A stretch of 57,714 nucleotides of DNA from a virus. Shown piece after piece: positions 52,294 to 57,714 of this stretch (position 1 is the first letter of the stretch; each line of letters begins with the position of its first letter). Both the position numbers and the translations under genes were made by a program. A model generated the notes under the pieces. It was given only the letters and a program-made list of their open reading frames with translations. It made no database searches and had not been told where the DNA came from. Location of the stretch: IMG/VR virus record IMGVR_UViG_3300000295_000011; one strand, written 5' to 3'.

Positions 52294-52715
52294 CGTCCAG
52301 TGCTCCCGTACCCGCCCTCGCCTCGGTCAGTCTCAGAAAGCTCGTCAGCCCACTCGAACTCAGTGTCAACGAGCTTTTCGATGCGCATCTGGGCAATGCG
52401 GTCGCCGTTATGAACGATGTACGGCCTGCCCGATGCATTCTTCACCGTGATGTAGACGGGCCCGCGGTAGTCGGCATCCACAAGCAAAGGCGTGATGATG
52501 AGGCCCTTGAGGGCAGTGCTGGAGCGGCTGTACACCACGCCAACGTACCCTTCAGGGATTTCAAAGGCGAGGCCCGTCTGAATGCGAACGGTCTGCTCTT
52601 CGAAGATCGGCGCATCGAACTCTTCGGCGGCGTACAGGTCAAACCCCGCAGCGTACTTCGTGCCGCGCTTGGGCATCTTCGCGTCCGGGTGCAGACGCTT
52701 GATCTTGATGTTCAT
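52290..52715 (-). CDS. dut: dUTP diphosphatase
   Basis: AGFDLYA, VDADYRG, GDRIAQM, RGEGGYGSTG motifs. Confidence 0.9.
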   Translation of the reverse strand: MNIKIKRLHPDAKMPKRGTKYAAGFDLYAAEEFDAPIFEEQTVRIQTGLAFEIPEGYVGVVYSRSSTALKGLIITPLLVDADYRGPVYITVKNASGRPYIVHNGDRIAQMRIEKLVDTEFEWADELSETDRGEGGYGSTGR

Positions 52716-52767
52716 GCTGTTGCTCCTTGTGTGGCCATTGCGGCCGTGATGAGTGAGAGGGGAATCC

Positions 52768-53043
52768 TCATAGCAGCGCTCCTTCAGGCACGGGGTCGGC
52801 TTCTCGGGCGGCTGTGATCTCGAGGCGGTAGATGTCGAGCACCTTCGCGGAAAAATGAAAACCGGGCCAATTGAGTTCGTGCCCGGTTTCGTTGAATCGC
52901 CTGACGACCTTGCTCAGCTGTTGCGCCGTCATGCTGAAAGCGAGCTGAGTGTCGTCGATGATGAAGTGCCGTTCGCCGCGTTGCATGCGCGGCCAGAGGT
53001 AGCGCAGAAGCAGTTTTGCGGGGTTCGTTTTTGTGGTTTTCAT
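52768..53043 (-). CDS. hypothetical protein
   Basis: 91-aa ORF. Confidence 0.5.
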   Translation of the reverse strand: MKTTKTNPAKLLLRYLWPRMQRGERHFIIDDTQLAFSMTAQQLSKVVRRFNETGHELNWPGFHFSAKVLDIYRLEITAAREADPVPEGALL

Positions 53044-53064
53044 TGCTACCTCCGTGAGTAGGTT

Positions 53065-53547
53065 CTAGCGAATCTGGACGCTTTCGCGTTCTTCGATGTG
53101 GCAGCCGGGGACTTCGACGCCGTCGAGCAGAGCCTGCTTGATGGCGACCTTGTTCGGGCTTACGGTCGTCTTGACGGTCGTGTAGGCCTCGGGCAGGTCT
53201 GCGCCTTCGGAGACTTCGACGGCCTGCGTCGTGCGGATCGAGACGGTCACGCGTGCGGTCTTGACCTTCCCAGTCGCGTGCAGGGCCTCGAGGAGCATGG
53301 ACTTGAGGTAGTCGGATCGCTTCTGCATGGACTTGACGCGGGCGAGCATTCGGTCGGCTTCGTCCTTTGCGGCCTTGGCCTCGGCATCGAGCTCGCGAAG
53401 GTAGAGCGCCGTGGCCTCGATCTTCTCGGCGGCTTCGACCTCGACGGCGTGGAGCGCGTCGGCATTCAGGATTTCCCCAGTCTCAGGATCACAGTCAATA
53501 CCGTCAAGCACAGCTCGGATTTTGGTTGGGATTTCATACAATTTCAT
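53065..53547 (-). CDS. Gp157-like protein (siphovirus Gp157 family)
   Basis: MKLYEIPTKIRAVLD start and coiled-coil core, by my recollection of the family. Confidence 0.55.
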   Translation of the reverse strand: MKLYEIPTKIRAVLDGIDCDPETGEILNADALHAVEVEAAEKIEATALYLRELDAEAKAAKDEADRMLARVKSMQKRSDYLKSMLLEALHATGKVKTARVTVSIRTTQAVEVSEGADLPEAYTTVKTTVSPNKVAIKQALLDGVEVPGCHIEERESVQIR

Positions 53548-53851
53548 GATTGTTCTCCTGTGTTTCTGTGTTTACTGGCTGGTTTTGCTTTTCCGCTACA
53601 AGCTTGGCGCACTTCTCTAGGGCGCAAATCACGTTTAGTTCAACAATGAATCTTGGGTCTCCCTTTTCTTCAAGTTCGTCAAGAATGTCGTTCAGAATGA
53701 TTTGAGCTCTTGGATCCAGTACGATTTTCATCGCAACTTCTATTGCGTTTCTGCCTGCTAAAAAAGCGTCTTTGCTTTTTCTGCCACCAAGAAAGGCAAG
53801 CATGCCTCGATAAACTTTTTCGTGAAAGTAATCAAATTCCTCTGGCGTCAT
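53534..53851 (-). CDS. hypothetical protein (AT-rich gene)
   Basis: 105-aa ORF. Confidence 0.5.
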   Translation of the reverse strand: MTPEEFDYFHEKVYRGMLAFLGGRKSKDAFLAGRNAIEVAMKIVLDPRAQIILNDILDELEEKGDPRFIVELNVICALEKCAKLVAEKQNQPVNTETQENNHEIV

Positions 53852-53865
53852 TTTTTTATGCTTTC

Positions 53866-53897
53866 AAAGAAAAAGCCCCCGGCAGTGCCGAGGGCTT
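53866..53897 (-). terminator. intrinsic terminator after ssb
   Basis: Minus strand AAGCCCTCGGCACTGCCGGGGGCTTTTTC. Near-identical to the one at 56990-57020. Confidence 0.7.
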
Positions 53898-53951
53898 GAG
53901 TTATTCGAAAAAATCGAATGACTGATCAATTTGACAGCGTTGTCAAGATGG

Positions 53952-54362
53952 TCAGAAGGGTACGTCAGAGTCGTATGCCGGCTCAGGATCGCGTCGCTGT
54001 GCGGCAGGCTTGGCCTGCGCCGGATTCTCATCGTTGTCCTTCTTTGAACGCAGGAGCTGGATCTGCTCAGCGATGATCTCCGTCACGTAGCGTTCTGCGC
54101 CGTCTTTCTCATACTTGCGTGTGCGCAGACGACCTTCGACATAGAGCGGGTCGCCCTTTGCCGTGTAGTCGCGTATGATCTCCGCTAGTCGACCGAATGC
54201 GCAGATGCGGTGCCACTCGGTCTCCTGCTGGACGTTGCCGTCCTTGTCGCGCCACTTGCGTGACGTGCCGAGGGAGAGATTCGCGATGACGTGATCGCCT
54301 ACGCGGATCTGGGGATCGTTGCCGAGATTCCCGATGAGGATGATCTTATTCACTGATGCCAT
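53952..54362 (-). CDS. ssb: single-stranded DNA-binding protein
   Basis: MASVNKIILIGNLGNDP OB-fold start. Acidic tail ending DSDVPF. Confidence 0.9.
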   Translation of the reverse strand: MASVNKIILIGNLGNDPQIRVGDHVIANLSLGTSRKWRDKDGNVQQETEWHRICAFGRLAEIIRDYTAKGDPLYVEGRLRTRKYEKDGAERYVTEIIAEQIQLLRSKKDNDENPAQAKPAAQRRDPEPAYDSDVPF

Positions 54363-55488
54363 TGTTAGCTTCCTCCTGTGTAGCCTGTTCGGTCATTGCT
54401 TGTTCAAGTTCGTGACGACGAGCTCTGAATGCTTGCGCGATCTTTTCGCGGTCTTCGTAGCAGAGACCCTTGGAGGCAATCTCCTTACCCATTGCCATTA
54501 GCTCGTCGGGTGTTTCGGCGCTGATTGTGCGGGACATAAGGTCGGCGAATTCGTCTGGCGTGACGCCAGCGCTATCGAGCCACTTCTTGATCTCTGCGCC
54601 GACCTCCGGTGTGAGAATTAGCGGATCAGTGCGAGAGGAGAAAAGTCCGGTACGGTCTTTCGACGCGTTCGCAAAGTGCCCGTCGTGGACGAGATCAAAC
54701 ATGATCGTGAACTCATAATCGACTCCGTCGCGCTGCTCGACCTTCATGCCGAGCTTCTTGATGACCTTCTTACCGTTGACGTCCTCTTGCGCCATCTCTG
54801 TCTTACTCCGCATCGTCGCGATGATGTGGAGTTTACTGGTGAGCATTGCGTCGACAAACTGTCGATGGCGAGGTGTCATCTCGTTCCAGGCAGACCACGA
54901 GTTCCCGCGATAGCGTGCCTTCGCAATGCGTTCGACTTCCTCAAGACAGCCGCCCTTGCCGTTCCATTCATGCGTCATCGAGTCGATGATGAGAATGTCG
55001 TAGCCTGCGTCCTCGGCCGCCTTGATGGCTTCCGTGTATCGCTCTGGTGTGAAGGGCGCGTCCAGATCGAGAACGTCGAACTCAGGCATGCCGGACATGT
55101 CAGCGTAGAGAGATGCTGAACCGCGCTCCGTGTCGATGACGGCGATCTTGCCGCCGATCCCCTTGGCGAGCAGAAGAGCGCCGTAGGTTTTGCCGGAGCC
55201 AGATGTTCCTGACAGAGCGAGGCGAAGTTTTGAGGCGCTGCGAACGGCCTTTTTGAAAGTGAATGTCATGATGTGTCGTCCTCGGAAAGGTATTTCGTCG
55301 TCGTTGATCGCGTAGAAGTCTTCGAGAGTCTTGTCGTAGATCGGCTCGGGACGCTTTGCACGTTCGCCGAACCACTGGGCTCGTTCGAACTCGTCTCGCG
55401 TGGCGTATTCGGGGTACGGGTCGAAGTCGACCTCGTCCTCAGGCTCGGGCATCGGTAGCTCGAGCGGCTCAAGTGAAGTGATCGTCAT
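54346..55488 (-). CDS. Sak4-like RecA-fold ATPase (AAA_24-like) with a ~73-aa N-terminal extension
   Basis: Walker A GTSGSGKTY, Walker B ILIIDSMTHEW. GAGGAG RBS before the ATG at 55488. An alternative internal start lies at 55269. Confidence 0.7.
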   Translation of the reverse strand: MTITSLEPLELPMPEPEDEVDFDPYPEYATRDEFERAQWFGERAKRPEPIYDKTLEDFYAINDDEIPFRGRHIMTFTFKKAVRSASKLRLALSGTSGSGKTYGALLLAKGIGGKIAVIDTERGSASLYADMSGMPEFDVLDLDAPFTPERYTEAIKAAEDAGYDILIIDSMTHEWNGKGGCLEEVERIAKARYRGNSWSAWNEMTPRHRQFVDAMLTSKLHIIATMRSKTEMAQEDVNGKKVIKKLGMKVEQRDGVDYEFTIMFDLVHDGHFANASKDRTGLFSSRTDPLILTPEVGAEIKKWLDSAGVTPDEFADLMSRTISAETPDELMAMGKEIASKGLCYEDREKIAQAFRARRHELEQAMTEQATQEEANNGISE

Positions 55489-55490
55489 GC

Positions 55491-55820
55491 TTACTCCTCT
55501 GGGCATTCGAAGCCCGGCTCAGGGGCGAGGATGCAGTCGACGCGATACAAAATCATTTCCGTCGCCTCGAAGAGCGCAACTTCGAGCTCGTCGTTGATGG
55601 CGTCGATGATCTTGGTGACCTCTCTTGCAGAGCTTGCGTCCTTAAGGCTCGTGATCGCTGCAATGAGATCGGTAGAGGAATTGGGATTTACGAGATACGC
55701 CGCAAGCACTTCTTCTTGCCTGTTCGTGACGTAGTTCTCGCAGAGCTCGTCGATGTCCGCGTTCGGCGTATGCTCTGCCTGCTGCGCGATGCTTCGCGCG
55801 ATGTCAGTCAACGTCTTCAT
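55491..55820 (-). CDS. hypothetical protein
   Basis: 109-aa ORF. Confidence 0.5.
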   Translation of the reverse strand: MKTLTDIARSIAQQAEHTPNADIDELCENYVTNRQEEVLAAYLVNPNSSTDLIAAITSLKDASSAREVTKIIDAINDELEVALFEATEMILYRVDCILAPEPGFECPEE

Positions 55821-56071
55821 TCGTTACTCCATGCTCCAGTGATGAGCGCGCCAGCGATGACGGCCAGCGCACCGAAGAAGGTGATGAGCGTCCAGATGCG
55901 TCCGGGGCGCTCGCATGAAAAAGGCTCAGGGGCTTTCGCCGGCTGAGCCTTGGTGTGTGCCTCCTTGCGGAGCTGTGCAGGCAGCTTGTATCGCCTGCGT
56001 TGGTGGTTTGCTTTCATGTCGAAGTCCCTTGGAATGTGGTCAATGATGTGGACCGGGTCAGAGAAGCTCAT
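55817..56071 (-). CDS. membrane protein
   Basis: C-terminal TM IWTLITFFGALAVIAGALITGAW. Confidence 0.5.
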   Translation of the reverse strand: MSFSDPVHIIDHIPRDFDMKANHQRRRYKLPAQLRKEAHTKAQPAKAPEPFSCERPGRIWTLITFFGALAVIAGALITGAWSNE

Positions 56072-56319
56072 GCTGCTTCCTCCTCCTCGCGCTCCTGCCA
56101 GAGCACGCGAAGCTCCTCGAGGCAGTCCTCCATGATGTCCTTGTCGAGCCCCGCGTCGTTGGCTGCTTCGGTGAACTCTTCGATTGTGACGAGCTCGCCT
56201 CCGGCTGTAAGCGTGTCGAGATCGAGCACGTACCCGTCGACAAGGATCGGCTGTTCGTCCGGATACTCGTCGTACACTGACGGGACGCCGCCCATGCCGA
56301 AGTAAAATCCGTTGCTCAT
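56068..56319 (-). CDS. hypothetical acidic protein
   Basis: ATGA-coupled start MSNGFYFG. Ends in REEEEAA. Confidence 0.5.
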   Translation of the reverse strand: MSNGFYFGMGGVPSVYDEYPDEQPILVDGYVLDLDTLTAGGELVTIEEFTEAANDAGLDKDIMEDCLEELRVLWQEREEEEAA

Positions 56320-56474
56320 GCGAAGTACCTCAATGCGATGACCGTGAGACCGATTGCGACGATGCCGCCGATCGTAAAAAGGCGATGGCCGAACGCGATG
56401 GTGTCTTCGGACGTAGGCTCGTACTGGACGAGCTCGTCGGCGCTGCGGCCGGTGAAGAAATCGAGAAGAGACAT
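56316..56474 (-). CDS. small membrane protein (52 aa)
   Basis: MSLLDFFTG start with a GGAGAG RBS. C-terminal TM. Confidence 0.4.
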   Translation of the reverse strand: MSLLDFFTGRSADELVQYEPTSEDTIAFGHRLFTIGGIVAIGLTVIALRYFA

Positions 56475-56496
56475 AGCTTTCTCTCCGGTTGGGAAA

Positions 56497-56569
56497 ATGA
56501 AAAAAGGCATTCAGATGCCGCCGAAGGAGAGACACCATCTTTCGATGGCCGGCGGCACGTGAATGCCTT
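56497..56569 (-). terminator. long compound hairpin terminator
   Basis: Minus strand AAGGCATTCA ... (inner GCCGCCG/CGGCGGC) ... TGAATGCCTT followed by T6. Confidence 0.6.
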
Positions 56570-56707
56570 CTGGTTGGTTGGTGAGTGAGTGAGGGAGCCG
56601 GGGTGAACGCAAAAGCCTCTCGTCTGCAGATGCCCCGACTTTGGGATCTGGCCTAGTGAGCCGCCAGATCGGCGCATATCTGCGTCACGCCGTTGCCCTC
56701 GAAGTCG

Positions 56708-56935
56708 TTACGGAAGTTCGTCCATGACGCACTGGACGTTGACTGCCACCTGCTCGTACTTCTCCGCTGCGGGGCAGTGGATGACGGTCGGCTCGGTCTT
56801 CATGTAGAAGGCAAGCGCGGCGGCGTTCGCGATGCTCAGGAGCGCGTACTCATGGACATCGGCTTCGCAGCAGGTCTCGCGACCGACCGAACGTAGGTAA
56901 TGCGCAAGCCTGACGTCGAAGTCACTTTTTGTCAT
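56708..56935 (-). CDS. hypothetical protein
   Basis: Internal start MTKSDFDV after AGGAG. Confidence 0.5.
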   Translation of the reverse strand: MTKSDFDVRLAHYLRSVGRETCCEADVHEYALLSIANAAALAFYMKTEPTVIHCPAAEKYEQVAVNVQCVMDELP

Positions 56936-56989
56936 CGTTGTTCTCCTAGTAGCCGTCCTCGCTCTTTGCGGGTGCCCGCGAGACGGCAA

Positions 56990-57020
56990 TAAAAAAGCCC
57001 CCGGCGTGTGCCGAGGGCTT
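56990..57020 (-). terminator. intrinsic terminator
   Basis: Minus strand AAGCCCTCGGCACACGCCGGGGGCTTTTTT. Confidence 0.7.
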
Positions 57021-57036
57021 GATGAAGTGTCGTAGG

Positions 57037-57456
57037 TTAGAGAAGCAGTTTCTGTATGGCGGCGGCGGAGATCAGTTTGATCGTCCCCAGCGTCAGAGGC
57101 ACCGTTTTCTCTTTGGCGAAAGCTTTGAGTTTGTCGACGAACCCCTTGGTTCGAACGGTCTCCAGTAGCGAATACCCGTCGAGCGTGAGCGAAGGATTCG
57201 CTGCAATCCCGATTTGAAAGTGGCCGTCAGCGCTTTCAGTCACGTACAGGCCTTCGATGTAGCCGCTGTCGACCAAGAGCTTTATGTGCGAGAACACGAC
57301 GCGAATGCTGGCGTCCTGATCGCGATTGCGGCGTTCGGAAAGAAGCTGCCCTTCCTTCCATTCGTCGAGGTTGTTTGCGTCGTTCACGAACTCCTCAATC
57401 GTCTCATCCTCAACGTGCGCGAGGATTGTCCGCATCAAGTTCCAATCAAGTTTCAT
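57037..57456 (-). CDS. hypothetical protein (DUF2513-like)
   Basis: 139-aa ORF. No obvious SD. Preceded by a conserved hairpin at 57474-57493. Confidence 0.55.
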   Translation of the reverse strand: MKLDWNLMRTILAHVEDETIEEFVNDANNLDEWKEGQLLSERRNRDQDASIRVVFSHIKLLVDSGYIEGLYVTESADGHFQIGIAANPSLTLDGYSLLETVRTKGFVDKLKAFAKEKTVPLTLGTIKLISAAAIQKLLL

Positions 57457-57660
57457 GGAAATTCGGCGCGGAAACCTCTGTCTTCAGACAGGGGAGGAAG
57501 CGCCGTCCTCCTTTCTAAGTTCGGTTAAATCTTTGCGGATACCCGCAGGCTCCGCTTACGCGGCCCGAAGGCCGGTTGACATCCTTCGCCAATGTTGGAC
57601 GGGGTTTGGTGCCTGCAACACCGCTCCTACCTCTTAGAGCTTTTAATCACAGGCCGCAGA

Positions 57661-57714
57661 GCGTGGAACTAGGATGTACATCCCACGGTGCCTGTACATT
57701 CCCTACCAACGTAG
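57661..57714. repeat. terminal direct repeat copy 2, identical to 1-54
   Basis: See copy 1. Confidence 0.9.

Overview
The window is a complete, circularly closed genome of a GC-rich temperate contractile-tailed phage. It has 57,660 unique bp; bases 1-54 are identical to 57661-57714. All family names come from motif recognition by eye, not from database searches.

Layout:
- cI/cro-type switch (904-1919).
- Replication initiator with internal iterons, plus a DnaC-like loader (2137-3923).
- A run of translationally coupled small early genes.
- A DUF1064-type nuclease and a late regulator in the Q position, followed by a pR'/tR'-like promoter and terminator (6329-7257).
- A signal-peptide moron.
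- A ParB-DNA methyltransferase split at a G8 tract (7893-9127).
- Terminase and head module (9237-17838).
- Sheath, tube, frameshifted chaperone, tape measure and baseplate (19388-29649), with a free-standing HNH/AP2 endonuclease cassette between sheath and tube.
- Four fibre genes.
- Holin, endolysin and embedded spanins (37435-39231).
- About 680 bp with no credible gene.
- A self-contained leftward accessory operon (44898 to 39916) encoding an SNF2 helicase, a PAPS-reductase (IbrA/DndC-like) and a ParB-like (IbrB/DndB-like) protein.
- An elaborate attP, integrase and excisionase (45129-46871).
- A long leftward early operon (57456 to 46856) with Sak4-like ATPase, SSB, Gp157-like protein and dUTPase.

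The stand-out feature is at 33404-36781. The last fibre gene is followed by nine silent, start-less, stop-free alternative C-terminal cassettes on alternating strands. Each begins with the same 14-nt site (CCGAACATMASNGG) that also sits inside the expressed gene. A P4-type tyrosine recombinase, paralogous to the phage integrase, lies next to them. This is the architecture of a 10-tip tail-fibre shufflon. I cannot establish novelty without database searches.
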